A stretch of 32,305 nucleotides of DNA, taken from the NCBI GenBank assembly GCA_027339965.1, contig DAHWNL010000056.1, positions 1-32,305 of the forward strand, given 5' to 3'. Of the stretch, positions 1 to 9,507 are shown in pieces. The stretch is from Granulicella sp. (GTDB taxonomy: Bacteria > Acidobacteriota > Terriglobia > Terriglobales > Acidobacteriaceae). Below the pieces are notes generated by a model. It made no database searches. It saw nothing but the letters and a program-made list of their open reading frames with translations, and had not been told where the DNA came from. The translations under genes were made by a program, and so were the position numbers. Position 1 is the stretch's first letter; each line of letters begins with the position of its first letter.

Positions 1-777
1 CGGCAGGATGAAGCTCGCCGACTTGAAGTAAAGACCCGCTCCGGCCTTGGCATAGACTTCCATGGTGGAGCTGGAATGGAGGATAAACTGGGGCTGCAGC
101 GAAAAGGACCAGATCAGGCTACCTCCATCCATACGATTCCCCGCCGTGTTCAGGCCATAGAGGTCGCCATAGACGTAGTTATAGATGGCAAGCTGGTTAT
201 CAAGCGCCGTCTTGGTCAAACCGAACTGATCCCAGTCGAACTCCACAGCGACCGCTAGACGGTGGGTGATCCAGGGTCCCACGCCTCCCTGAACCGTCCA
301 ATTTGGCGTCAGGTAGCTGGAAGTTCTTCCCACGGGAATCGTTGCGGCCGTACCCGCATAGAAAAGAACCTTGTTGGAATCCTCACCATGGAAGAACCTG
401 CGGCGATGGGTTGGGCGAGCGCTGTGAGTCGCCCCAGCCGGATTTGCCCCGGCGGACTGCGCCGTCTGAGGGAGCAGCGCGGCGCTGAAGTCTGCGGCGG
501 CAGGCATCGCTAAGGACGCTGTCTGCTCCTGGGAACTGCTGGAGAAGAGTTGGTCACCGGCTGGAACCGCAAAGCCGAAATCCGCCGAAGCCTGAGCAGG
601 ATAGGCCGCAGCGCTCCCCGCCGGCACCTGACCAGGCGCGGGAGACTGAGCCCACGCCGCAGACATCCCCATGCCCACAAAGGCAATCACCGCTAAAGTT
701 TGCAGCGTAAACCAAGCAAGACCTGCCCGCTTCGGGCTCTGAGCTCGCGCTGAAAGCCCCATCCATGTCAACATCAT
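1..777 (-). CDS. Outer-membrane beta-barrel family protein (3' end runs off the window)
   Basis: Not in the ORF track; translated by hand. ATG at 777 follows a GGAG RBS and the frame stays open to position 1. Signal peptide ...LAVIAFVGMGMSAAWA|QSP, a Pro/Ala linker, then amphipathic strands (WTVQGGVG, LAVAVEFDWDQFG, IWSFSLQPQF, VYAKAGAGLY). Confidence 0.7.
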   Translation of the reverse strand, partial: MMLTWMGLSARAQSPKRAGLAWFTLQTLAVIAFVGMGMSAAWAQSPAPGQVPAGSAAAYPAQASADFGFAVPAGDQLFSSSSQEQTASLAMPAAADFSAALLPQTAQSAGANPAGATHSARPTHRRRFFHGEDSNKVLFYAGTAATIPVGRTSSYLTPNWTVQGGVGPWITHRLAVAVEFDWDQFGLTKTALDNQLAIYNYVYGDLYGLNTAGNRMDGGSLIWSFSLQPQFILHSSSTMEVYAKAGAGLYFKSASFILP

Positions 778-811
778 CAATCTCTACTCCGAGCATATCC
801 CGCGCATCGTT

Positions 812-833
812 TCACTCTGGCGTCACTCTGGCG
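812..833. repeat. 11-bp tandem direct repeat (TCACTCTGGCG x2)
   Basis: Exact duplication at 812-822 and 823-833 in the divergent intergenic region. Confidence 0.8.
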
Positions 834-1129
834 GCGGCTGGCTTGATGATACTACGCCGCTTGGGCATGCGCGACCGTTTGAAGGGGCCTCCCAAGCCTT
901 CTCCACATTCCCAAATCCTTATGGCCCATCAGCTTGCAAGGCGTTGCCCGGTTTGCAGGAATAACCCGGGCTGGCCTTCGCCAGACCCTTCCGCCAGGGC
1001 GTGACAGGACGCGCAGATGCGTGACCGGGCGCGCAGATGGGCAGCACCCTCGGCCAGGGGCGCGCTTGGCCGGCAGAGCTCCGGCGGCTTACAGCCGCTA
1101 CACTGAAGGCAGGATCAACGCCGGAAACA

Positions 1130-2005
1130 ATGAACTCCATCGCCAACAACCTGGAACGAGTACGGAGCCAGATCGCCGACGCCTGCACAGGCGCCAAGCG
1201 GGATCCGGGCGATGTCGCCCTGATGGCCGTCAGCAAGACCCAACCGGCGGAGGCCATCGCCGCGGCCTGGGCGGCAGGACAGCGCCTCTTCGGCGAGAAC
1301 CGCGTCCAGGAGTGGCAGTCCAAACAACCGCAGGTTGCCCTTCTGCTCGGGCAGGTCACAGCTTCTCAGGACAGGCCTGGCTCTGGGAAGCCAAGCGGCC
1401 TCGGCAGCAAAGCGGACGCCGAAGATCGATCCGGCTTCGTGGGTTCCTCGTTCGCCCCAGCGCCTGCGCCGGGCGACGCGGGTCTTCCTTGCGGCTCGCC
1501 CCTGGCCGTGACAGAACCTGCCGGCAGGATCCCTCTTTGTGTCCATCTCATCGGTCCACTGCAGAGCAACAAGACCGCACGCGCTGCCGTGATCTTTAAT
1601 GCCGTGGAAACTCTGGACTCGCTCAGGACGGCGGAGCGGCTGAACGCAGCGGCCCAGGCCCAGGGCAAGATGCTGCCGGTGCTGATCGAAGTAAAGCTCT
1701 CTCCGGAGGCGACCAAACACGGCCTTGAGCCCGAGGAGTTGCCCGGCCTTCTTACCGCGCTTCGGCCCTTAAGGCGCCTCGATCTTCGCGGTCTGATGAC
1801 CGTCCCACCCTGGTCCCAAGACCCAGAGGCAGCGCGGCCGTACTTTCGACGCCTGCGCCGGTTGCGGGACGAAAGCCGGGACCTGTGCCCGACGCTTACG
1901 GAACTCTCCATGGGCATGTCCGGCGACTTTGTCGTCGCCATTGAGGAGGGTTCCACCATGGTGCGCCTGGGCACAGCGATCTTCGGCAGGCGAAGCTACC
2001 CATGA
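1130..2005 (+). CDS. yggS: PLP homeostasis protein YggS/PLPBP, with ~60-aa internal insertion
   Basis: Motifs AVSKT (PLP lysine), GENRVQE, HLIGPLQSNK, GLMT, LSMGMS, RLGTAIFG. Start placed at MNSIANNL (1130) rather than 1037; TACACT -10-like hexamer at 1099-1104. Confidence 0.95.
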   Translation: MNSIANNLERVRSQIADACTGAKRDPGDVALMAVSKTQPAEAIAAAWAAGQRLFGENRVQEWQSKQPQVALLLGQVTASQDRPGSGKPSGLGSKADAEDRSGFVGSSFAPAPAPGDAGLPCGSPLAVTEPAGRIPLCVHLIGPLQSNKTARAAVIFNAVETLDSLRTAERLNAAAQAQGKMLPVLIEVKLSPEATKHGLEPEELPGLLTALRPLRRLDLRGLMTVPPWSQDPEAARPYFRRLRRLRDESRDLCPTLTELSMGMSGDFVVAIEEGSTMVRLGTAIFGRRSYP

Positions 2006-2322
2006 GCCTCGAGGGCCTTATCCTTCAAGCCGCGGAAGACGGCTGCACGCTGAGCGTGAAGGTTCATCCGGGCGCGCGGCGAAGCGCTGTCACCGGGGTC
2101 CTGAATGGTTCGCTGAAGGTCTCTCTGACCACCCCACCCACGGATGGCCGCGCCAACGCCGCCCTGATTGCCCTGCTGGCCGAGTGGCTCGACATCCCCC
2201 GCGCTCGGATTCAGTTGCTCCGGGGAGCGGCCAGCCGCTCCAAGACGCTGTACATGCAACAAGTCACCCCTGATCTCGTCCTTGCAGCCCTCAGCACCGC
2301 GCTCTCCGCCCTGCATCTATAG
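2002..2322 (+). CDS. yggU: DUF167/YggU family protein
   Basis: LSVKVHPGARRS, LKVSLTTPPTDGRANAALI, I.LLRG..SRSK motifs; ATGA overlap with yggS, the usual neighbour. Confidence 0.9.
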   Translation: MSLEGLILQAAEDGCTLSVKVHPGARRSAVTGVLNGSLKVSLTTPPTDGRANAALIALLAEWLDIPRARIQLLRGAASRSKTLYMQQVTPDLVLAALSTALSALHL

Positions 2323-2513
2323 ACAAGATGTATCTGTCGCTGAAGCAGGGTTGGAAGGAGATCCGCCGGCATCAGAGCCGAGCATCGCCAGCGCCCAGCG
2401 CTGGAGGCTGGAAGTTTCGGCGACCGCAGTCCGGAGTTCATGCGGAATCCTATCCGCCTTCGACGCTTGGCCGTCAGGCCTCGACTGGATCCCCCGAAGT
2501 TAAGATTCGGGGA

Positions 2514-4109
2514 TCACTCCCACTCGATGGTCCCGGGCGGTTTGGATGTAATGTCGTAGACCACGCGATTGATGCCCCGCACCTCGTTGACGATGCGGCT
2601 GGAGATGACGCGGAGCACCTCGTAGGGCAGCGCCGCCCAGTCCGCGGTCATGCCGTCCTCGCTCTCCACGGCGCGAATCGCGCAGGTGTACGCATAGGTT
2701 CTCTGGTCGCCCATGACGCCCACCGTTTTGACGGGAAGCAGCACGGCAAAGCTCTGCCAGAGCTTGCGGTAAAGCCCGGCCCGCTTGATCTCGGCGGTGC
2801 AGATGGCATCCGCTTCCTGCAGAATCGCCACCCGCTCCGGCGTGATCTCGCCGAGGATGCGAACCGCCAGGCCGGGACCAGGGAAGGGCTGGCGTTCGAG
2901 AATCTCTTCCGGCATCTGCAGATCGCGACCGATCCTGCGCACCTCATCCTTGAAGAGATCGCGCAGCGGTTCAATCAGCTTCAACTTCATATCCGCAGGC
3001 AGGCCGCCTACGTTGTGGTGGCTCTTGATGACGTGGGAGGGCCCGTGCACGCTGGCCGATTCGATCACGTCGGGGTAGAGCGTCCCCTGCACCAGCCAGG
3101 CGACCTCCGCACTGGCGGAGTGTCCGGCTTCCACAATCTTTCGCGCCTCGTCGTCGAAGACCGCGATGAACTCGCTGCCGATCGCCTTGCGCTTCTGCTC
3201 CGGATCAGTGACGCCGACCAGTTTGGACAGAAACCGCTCGCCGGCATCCACGGCGACGACGTTCAGGTGAAGCTCTTCCCGCATAGTGCGCTGCACCTTT
3301 TCAAACTCGTCCTTGCGCAGCACGCCGTTGTTCACAAAGATGCAGGTAAGCCGGCTACCGATGGCGCGCGCCACCAGCACCGCAGCCACGCTGGAGTCTA
3401 CGCCTCCGCTGAGCCCGCAGATGGCGTGGCCGGTGGGGCCGACCTGTTCGCGAATCCGGGCCACCGTGGAAGCGATGAAATGCTCGGGCGTCCAGTCCTG
3501 CCGCGCCCCGCAGATCTCCACCACAAAGTTTCGCAGCAACTCGGTTCCCTGCCGGGTATGCGCTACCTCGGGATGAAACTGCACCGCCCAGATGCGGCGT
3601 GCCTCATCGGCGATGCCGGCCACGGCATGGGGCGTTCGTGCAATGACGCGAAACCCCGGCGCCAGCACCTCGGCGTGATCTCCGTGCGACATCCACACCG
3701 GCATGGCGGTCGGCAAGCCTCCAAACAGCGGCGTCTGCTCCACCACGGTTACCTCGGCGTAGCCGTACTCCCGCGCCACCGCCGGAGCCACGCGCCCTCC
3801 CAAATGATGGGTGATGTACTGGAGCCCGTAGCAGATGCCAAGCACCGGCACGCCAAGATCGAGAACTCTGCGGTCAGCCTTGGGAGCATCGGCGTCGTAG
3901 ACGCTGGACGGTCCGCCGGAAAGGATGATCCCTGATGGATGCTGGGCTGCGATCTTCTCCAGCGACGTGGTGCAGGGCAGCACCACGGAGAAGATGTTGA
4001 ACTCACGGATGCGCCGCGCAATCAACTGCGTGTACTGGGAGCCGAAGTCCAGAATGAGGATCACGGAGGAGGATGGGCTGGACATAGCCTGAGGGTAGGG
4101 GGTGGTCAC
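2514..4109 (-). CDS. guaA: GMP synthase (glutamine-hydrolysing)
   Basis: [43 protein letters not shown]-terminal KPPGTIEWE. Confidence 0.98.
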   Translation of the reverse strand: MTTPYPQAMSSPSSSVILILDFGSQYTQLIARRIREFNIFSVVLPCTTSLEKIAAQHPSGIILSGGPSSVYDADAPKADRRVLDLGVPVLGICYGLQYITHHLGGRVAPAVAREYGYAEVTVVEQTPLFGGLPTAMPVWMSHGDHAEVLAPGFRVIARTPHAVAGIADEARRIWAVQFHPEVAHTRQGTELLRNFVVEICGARQDWTPEHFIASTVARIREQVGPTGHAICGLSGGVDSSVAAVLVARAIGSRLTCIFVNNGVLRKDEFEKVQRTMREELHLNVVAVDAGERFLSKLVGVTDPEQKRKAIGSEFIAVFDDEARKIVEAGHSASAEVAWLVQGTLYPDVIESASVHGPSHVIKSHHNVGGLPADMKLKLIEPLRDLFKDEVRRIGRDLQMPEEILERQPFPGPGLAVRILGEITPERVAILQEADAICTAEIKRAGLYRKLWQSFAVLLPVKTVGVMGDQRTYAYTCAIRAVESEDGMTADWAALPYEVLRVISSRIVNEVRGINRVVYDITSKPPGTIEWE

Positions 4110-4115
4110 GCTACA

Positions 4116-4121
4116 AGTGTA
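4116..4121 (-). promoter_or_regulatory. -10 element for a probable leaderless guaA transcript
   Basis: Minus strand reads TACACT-TGTAGC-GTG (6-nt spacer); no Shine-Dalgarno. Confidence 0.55.
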
Positions 4122-4134
4122 AATTGAGGCATCC

Positions 4135-5190
4135 TCAGCCTCTCGAGCCTCCTGGCTCCTTCTGCATCGCTCGCCACAGCCGCAGATGGGCCACCGTCTG
4201 CACCACGTGGAAGTAGTCCAGAGAGGTCATGTAGAGCAGGATCACGCCCACCCACCAGAGGCGCAGGAACGCCGGGCTCTCCAGATTGGCGAAGGGCAGC
4301 GGGCAGGCGGAGAAGACCATCGCCAGCACCAACAGGGCGATCTTCACGATGGACATCACCAGGTTCACCTCCAGTAGCTTGCCGCCGGCGCGGCGGCTGC
4401 CCAGGGCCGCCTTCAGGCTCGCCACGACGCCGAGCTTCAGTTGCATCGCCAGGAGCGGAGCCAGTTGCAACGGCCAATTGACCATCGCCCACAACACATA
4501 CACCAGCAAACTCCCGCAGATGAGCAGCGCGCTGTAGAGCACAAGATCCGGTTCAACGCCCTTGGCTGCCGGCGCGGTGATGGCAATGACGCCTGCCTCC
4601 CGCATCAGGCCGGCCCACATCATCCAGGCTGCGGTGAGCAGAGCGCTGCGCAATGCGTAGAGCCCCAGCATCGTCCAGCGCTGCGCCGCCAGGGTTTGGT
4701 CCAGCCGGCGGAGGACCTCGCTTCGTCCCAGGGTCGCCATGCCTAGCCAAAGGAGGGTGGCCAAAGGTAGCAGCCAGGCCGCCACTGATTCTGCGGCAGG
4801 CAGTACCGCTGCCCAGGCCGCACCTATGGTGGAGAGCGCAGCCACAGGCTGAAAAACCGTAATCGCCTGCAGGGCCGCGGTGTCCAGATGAACTGCGGGC
4901 GGGCCACCCTGCATGATCCTCCAGACCCGCCAGGCAATCAGCGCCAGCACCGGCGCTCCGGCGGACCATCTCCACAAAATCTCCATCGCCGAGAGCGAAG
5001 GGCGATGCCAGACCTCGGTCATGACGCCGACGAAGAATTGTGTTCCGCGAACACGTCCGGGCGGTCCCTCGGGCCCGACTCTTATCGCTGCCCCATCCTT
5101 CATCGCCGCGGCCGCGCCCAGGGTCTGGCCAGCCGCCGGACCCGGCGCAGGTCCATCCGTTGCTTGCGCCTTGGCCGGGGACCCTGCCAC
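4135..5190 (-). CDS. Hypothetical polytopic membrane protein
   Basis: 351-aa ORF with about 6-7 hydrophobic segments; GTG start overlaps the leuS TAG stop (TAGTG). The true start could lie downstream. Confidence 0.75.
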   Translation of the reverse strand: MAGSPAKAQATDGPAPGPAAGQTLGAAAAMKDGAAIRVGPEGPPGRVRGTQFFVGVMTEVWHRPSLSAMEILWRWSAGAPVLALIAWRVWRIMQGGPPAVHLDTAALQAITVFQPVAALSTIGAAWAAVLPAAESVAAWLLPLATLLWLGMATLGRSEVLRRLDQTLAAQRWTMLGLYALRSALLTAAWMMWAGLMREAGVIAITAPAAKGVEPDLVLYSALLICGSLLVYVLWAMVNWPLQLAPLLAMQLKLGVVASLKAALGSRRAGGKLLEVNLVMSIVKIALLVLAMVFSACPLPFANLESPAFLRLWWVGVILLYMTSLDYFHVVQTVAHLRLWRAMQKEPGGSRG

Positions 5191-7772
5191 TACTTCACCA
5201 CCAGATTCACGAGCTTGCCGGAGGTCTTATCAATCACCAGATGCTTCACAATGGTCTTGTCCATCAGCCGCGCCTTGACCCGCTCATCAGAGAGCGATGC
5301 CGCCTTGATCGCGGCTTCATCCGCATGCGCGGGCAGCTTGATCACATTCGCCAACTTGCCATTCACCTGCACGGGCACCTCGATCTCCTGCTCCCTGGCC
5401 AATTCGGCGTTGGCCAGCGGCCAGGCCTGCGCAAACACCTGCCCGGAGCCACCCATCTGCTGCCATAGCTCCGCGGCCAGAAAGGGAGCAAACGGCGCAA
5501 GGAGAAGGGTCAGCGTGCGCAGCAGCTCTGCCAGGGTGGCGCTTGAGACCTCACCGGAGTCCAACGACGGCTCGGCGGCGGTGATCTCATTCACCAGGAT
5601 CATGATGGCGGCGATGCAGGTGTTAAAGTGCCAGCGCGCCTGGAAGTCCTCGGTGATCTTGGCGATGGTCTGGTGCAACGACCGGAGCAACCTCTGCGCG
5701 GTTTCAGACGCGGTACACGGCCGGCCCGCAGCCTGGCGGACGGTCTCAGCGTACTTTGCCCCCAGCCGGTAGACCCTGGCCAGGAACCGGCTGATCCCCG
5801 CCACGCCTTCTTCCTGCCACTCCAGATCGCGGTCCGGAGGAGCGGCGAAGAGCGCGTACATTCGTGTGGCGTCGGCTCCGTAGCGCGCAATCATGTCATC
5901 GGGCGAAACCACGTTGCCCTTGGACTTGGACATCTTGGCGCCGTCCTTGATCACCATTCCCTGAGTAAACAGCCGCTCGGCCGGCTCCGCGTTGCGGATC
6001 AAACCCATATCGCGCATCACCCTGGTCCAGAACCGCGAGTAAATCAGATGCAGAATGGCATGTTCCACCCCGCCGATGTACTGGTCGATGGGAAACCAGT
6101 AATTGGCCGTCTGGGGATCGAACGGCTGATTTGCGTTCTTCGCGTCGGTATAGCGGTAGAAATACCAACTAGAGTCGACAAACGTGTCCATGGTGTCGGT
6201 CTCACGCCGCGCTGGTCCTCCGCACACCGGGCAGGTGGTGTGCAGAAACTCCGGCGCCCTGGCCAGCGGCGAGCCACCCGCCTGGGTGATCTCCACCCGC
6301 TCGGGCAGGAGCACGGGCAGAGCGCTCTCCGGCAGGGGCGCCACGCCGCCCGGCGCGAGACCCTCGTGGCCGCGTTCGCAATACACCATAGGGATCGGCG
6401 TCCCCCAATAACGCTGACGACTGACGCCCCAGTCCTTCAACCGATAGGTGGTGGTCTTTTTGCCGAAACCCTTCTGCTGGGCAAAGAGCGCCATCTTCTC
6501 CTGGGCTGCGGTGCAACTCTGGCCCGTCCATTCACCGGAATCTAAAAGCACGGCCTCTTCTCCGATGTACGGCAAGGGAGCATCTTCCTGGCCCGCACCG
6601 GCAACCACCCGCTTTACGGGCAGCCCATATTTGGAAGCAAACTCGAAGTCGCGTTCGTCGTGGGCGGGGACGCTCATGATCGCGCCCGTCCCGTAGTCGG
6701 CCAGAATGTAGTTGGCTACCCAGATGGGCAGCCCCTCGCCGGTGAAGGGGTTGACCGCCGTCCTTCCGGTAGGCACGCCGTGCTTCTCAATGTTGCCGAT
6801 ATCGCCAGTCTCGCGCGCGGCCTTCTGCTCGGCAACCATGGTGGCAACGGCACTGGACAGCGCCGGGTCGATCTTGGCCCATTCCTTGACCAGAGCGTGC
6901 TCGGGAGCCAACTGGAGGGAGGTTGCCCCAAAGATCGTGTCGATGCGCGTGGTGAAGACCCTGATCCTGGCTGCTTTCTCCTGAAAGCCCCACGGTGGCC
7001 TCACCGCGAACTCCACCTCCGCGCCCTCGCTTCGGCCGATCCAGTTGCGCTGCATGGTGCGCACCTTCTCCGGCCAGCCGGGCATCTTGTCCAGGCCATC
7101 CAGCAACTCGTCGGCATAGCGGGTGATGCGCAGAAACCACTGTTCCAGCTCGCGCTGCTCGACGATCTGCTCCTCATGCCGCCAGCAGCAGCCGGCCACC
7201 ACCTGTTCATTGGCCAGCACGGTAGCGCACTGCGGGCACCAGTTCACCTTGCTGGACTTGCGGTAAGCCAGGCCCCGTTCCACCAACTTCAGAAAGAACC
7301 ACTGGTTCCAGCGGTAGTACTCCTGCAGACAGGTGGTGACCTCAGTTCCGGCCCAATCGTAGCTGTAGCCGATGCGGCACATCTGCGCCTTCATCTGCGC
7401 GATGTTCTTCAGGGTCCACTCGCGGGGAGGAGTGTTGTTTTTCAGCGCAGCATTCTCCGCCGGCAAACCGAAGGCATCCCATCCCATGGGATGCAGCACG
7501 TTGTAGCCGCGCATGCGCATGAAGCGCGCCAGGGCATCGCCGATGGCATAGTTGCGCACATGTCCCATATGCAACTGCCCGCTGGGGTAGGGCAGCATCT
7601 CCAGACAGTAGAACTTGGGCTTTCCGCACGTAGCGGGCTCGGCGGCATAGAGATCGGGCTGGGCGTCCCACTGGGCCTGCCAGCGCGGCTCGATCTCGTC
7701 AGGGTTATAACGCTGGGGTTCGTTGCGTTCTACGCCGCGCTTCGTGGCGTCCCATGTCCTTGCCTGGTCCAT
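5190..7772 (-). CDS. leuS: Leucine--tRNA ligase
   Basis: MLPYPSG, HMGH (HIGH motif), CP1 editing motifs FTTR and GTG..VPAHDERD, KMSKS, C-terminal VQVNGKL. Confidence 0.98.
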   Translation of the reverse strand: MDQARTWDATKRGVERNEPQRYNPDEIEPRWQAQWDAQPDLYAAEPATCGKPKFYCLEMLPYPSGQLHMGHVRNYAIGDALARFMRMRGYNVLHPMGWDAFGLPAENAALKNNTPPREWTLKNIAQMKAQMCRIGYSYDWAGTEVTTCLQEYYRWNQWFFLKLVERGLAYRKSSKVNWCPQCATVLANEQVVAGCCWRHEEQIVEQRELEQWFLRITRYADELLDGLDKMPGWPEKVRTMQRNWIGRSEGAEVEFAVRPPWGFQEKAARIRVFTTRIDTIFGATSLQLAPEHALVKEWAKIDPALSSAVATMVAEQKAARETGDIGNIEKHGVPTGRTAVNPFTGEGLPIWVANYILADYGTGAIMSVPAHDERDFEFASKYGLPVKRVVAGAGQEDAPLPYIGEEAVLLDSGEWTGQSCTAAQEKMALFAQQKGFGKKTTTYRLKDWGVSRQRYWGTPIPMVYCERGHEGLAPGGVAPLPESALPVLLPERVEITQAGGSPLARAPEFLHTTCPVCGGPARRETDTMDTFVDSSWYFYRYTDAKNANQPFDPQTANYWFPIDQYIGGVEHAILHLIYSRFWTRVMRDMGLIRNAEPAERLFTQGMVIKDGAKMSKSKGNVVSPDDMIARYGADATRMYALFAAPPDRDLEWQEEGVAGISRFLARVYRLGAKYAETVRQAAGRPCTASETAQRLLRSLHQTIAKITEDFQARWHFNTCIAAIMILVNEITAAEPSLDSGEVSSATLAELLRTLTLLLAPFAPFLAAELWQQMGGSGQVFAQAWPLANAELAREQEIEVPVQVNGKLANVIKLPAHADEAAIKAASLSDERVKARLMDKTIVKHLVIDKTSGKLVNLVVK

Positions 7773-7777
7773 ACTTC

Positions 7778-7783
7778 ATTGTA
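7778..7783 (-). promoter_or_regulatory. -10 element for a probable leaderless leuS transcript
   Basis: Minus strand reads TACAAT-GAAGT-ATG (5-nt spacer); no SD. Confidence 0.55.
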
Positions 7784-8084
7784 AAGAACTCTCCGCCGGG
7801 CTCTCCTCAGGGCTGGGACCCGTGCCAAGCCCAGCGGGAGGCAGGGCTTGCACCCTCAGCAATCTCTTTCTCTTGCTGTGTCCGAAACGGGCTGCCGGCC
7901 GGATGCCGCGGACCTTGATCGTCGGCGAGCAAGCCGTCGATTCGCCCCGGATCCAAATCTCACCCGATCCACCTTCATCGCATCCAGCCTCATTGGATCC
8001 TTTGCCGTATCCGGCGCCAGACGCATCCAGGAGGTCACAACCCTCTTACCGTCTTTTCGTCTCACGCCGGATCAAAGCTGCTTC

Positions 8085-8090
8085 TACAAT
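8085..8090 (+). promoter_or_regulatory. -10 element for a probable leaderless glutaredoxin transcript
   Basis: TACAAT-AAACGC-ATG (6-nt spacer); no SD. Confidence 0.55.
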
Positions 8091-8096
8091 AAACGC

Positions 8097-8339
8097 ATGC
8101 ATGACGTTGTGGTCTATTCACGCAAAGGATGCCATCTCTGCGACGTGGTGAAGGATACCTTGGCTCAACTCCAGGGCGCGGCGGATTTTCAATGGCGCGA
8201 GCTGGACATCGACGCGGATGCGACGATCCGTGAACGCTATAACGATGAGATTCCCGTCGTCTTCATTGACGGCCGCAAGGCATTCAAGTACCACATGGAC
8301 AAGGATCGATTTTTGCGCGCTGTTTCCGGCCTGTCCTGA
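8097..8339 (+). CDS. Glutaredoxin-like protein (DUF836 type)
   Basis: MHDVVVYSRKGCHLC (CxxC), DID, EIPVVFIDG; 80 aa when started at 8097. Confidence 0.9.
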   Translation: MHDVVVYSRKGCHLCDVVKDTLAQLQGAADFQWRELDIDADATIRERYNDEIPVVFIDGRKAFKYHMDKDRFLRAVSGLS

Positions 8340-8416
8340 AGCACGTCAGGGCAGATGGTCCCGAAGCCTGCTCGCGCCTGGGCGCGGCTCTGGCCCGCAC
8401 CCCAACGGAAGACGCC

Positions 8417-9172
8417 TCAGGGAAGCGTGCGAATCATAATGTTGCGAAACCAGAGCTTGTCTCCCGGGTCTCCTTTCGGCTCTGTGCCCTGCAGCGAGAT
8501 ATGGCCGATGTGATACTTGCTGTAACCAGGCATCTTTTTGAACTTGCTGGAATCGATGAGTTGCTGCCACTGTGCATCCCAGAGGTGGGTGTCAATGACT
8601 TCGTGACCATTCTGATACAGCTGCAGATGTCCGTGGTCGGCAATGATCTCGAAAGAGTTCCATTCGCCCGCCGGCTTTACCCATTCGACTTTGTCCGAGA
8701 TCATGTCAAAGATGTCCCCGGAGCGCTCTTTGAGGACGCGGCTGTCGGGAACCGTGCAAGCCAGATCGGCGATCTGCATCTCAACTCCGGTGTCGTAGGT
8801 GTTCCGGTACTGGGGAGATTCGTGGACGTAAAACATGACGCCGCTGTCGATGCAAGGGCGCGCCTTCCATTCCAACTTGAGGTCGAAGTTTGCGTACTCC
8901 TTGTCGGTCACCAGGTCGGCAAAATCTGCCGGCGGGTCCTGATTGGTCTTGCGAAGCTGGATCGCGCCGTCGATAACCGACCAGTCTTTGCCCGTTTTTG
9001 TTTCGTGGTAGGAGTGCCATCCTTTCAGATCGTGGCCGTCAAACAGCAGATGCCATCCCTGCTGCTTCTCCTGCGGGGTAAGAGTGTTCGGCGGTTGCAT
9101 CTGGGCCCGGGCCATACCCAGAATGAAAATAGGGGCGGCCAGAAGCATCCCCATCGATCTGCTCATCGTCAT
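8417..9172 (-). CDS. DUF1080 (3-keto-disaccharide hydrolase domain) secreted protein
   Basis: NTLTPQEKQQGWHLLFDGHDLKGW, DLVTDKEYANFDLKLEWK, EMQI, GEWN, GHISLQG, WFRNIMIR; signal peptide; AGGAGG RBS before ATG 9172. Confidence 0.9.
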   Translation of the reverse strand: MTMSRSMGMLLAAPIFILGMARAQMQPPNTLTPQEKQQGWHLLFDGHDLKGWHSYHETKTGKDWSVIDGAIQLRKTNQDPPADFADLVTDKEYANFDLKLEWKARPCIDSGVMFYVHESPQYRNTYDTGVEMQIADLACTVPDSRVLKERSGDIFDMISDKVEWVKPAGEWNSFEIIADHGHLQLYQNGHEVIDTHLWDAQWQQLIDSSKFKKMPGYSKYHIGHISLQGTEPKGDPGDKLWFRNIMIRTLP

Positions 9173-9338
9173 CCCCAACCCTCCTGCGTGGAACCTTCGC
9201 GGCCCCATAGAAGGTGTACCATGTTGCGGGATTCTCTGCACCGTTTTACAGCGACGGCAGTTCCATACAGCCAGACGATTCCAACCCCGGAAGATTCCGG
9301 TCAAAGTATTCTCGTCGCCCGGCTATTCTCCCAGACCG

Positions 9339-9377
9339 CCAAGTCTCCGAGACCCCCAAGTCTCCGAGACCCCCAAG
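9339..9377. repeat. 17-bp tandem repeat (CCAAGTCTCCGAGACCC x2 plus partial)
   Basis: Exact units at 9339-9355 and 9356-9372, then CCAAG; each unit contains the inverted repeat GTCTC-C-GAGAC. Confidence 0.85.
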
Positions 9378-9507
9378 CCAGCCCCGACCGGGAACCTTGT
9401 GTTGATGCCCTTTCCGCAAAATCCGGCCACTTGCGCCGGTGGCGCAAGCCGTGTCCTATGATAGGAAGGCTTCCTCATCGCTGACGCAAGAGGAACGTGG
9501 AGGATCC

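Noticed and set aside
1037..1129. N-terminal extensions in the ORF track (yggS 1037, glutaredoxin 7848, DUF1080 9304, esterase 9439, nfo 12408, GH2 26574, nrdJ 29840)
   Set aside because: Downstream starts match family N-termini and have RBS or -10 support.
2488..2515. Hairpin CCCCGAA-N7-TTCGGGG at the guaA stop
   Set aside because: No U-tract on either strand, so it is not called a terminator.
2328..3935. 535-aa plus-strand ORF, and similar long ORFs at 6660-7784, 24949-26409 and 27285-28394
   Set aside because: Antisense shadows of guaA, leuS, GH2 and nrdJ, expected from high-GC codon bias; no family motifs.
7773..8096. T-box or attenuator upstream of leuS
   Set aside because: No T-box motif seen, and the -10 hexamer abuts the start codon, leaving no leader.
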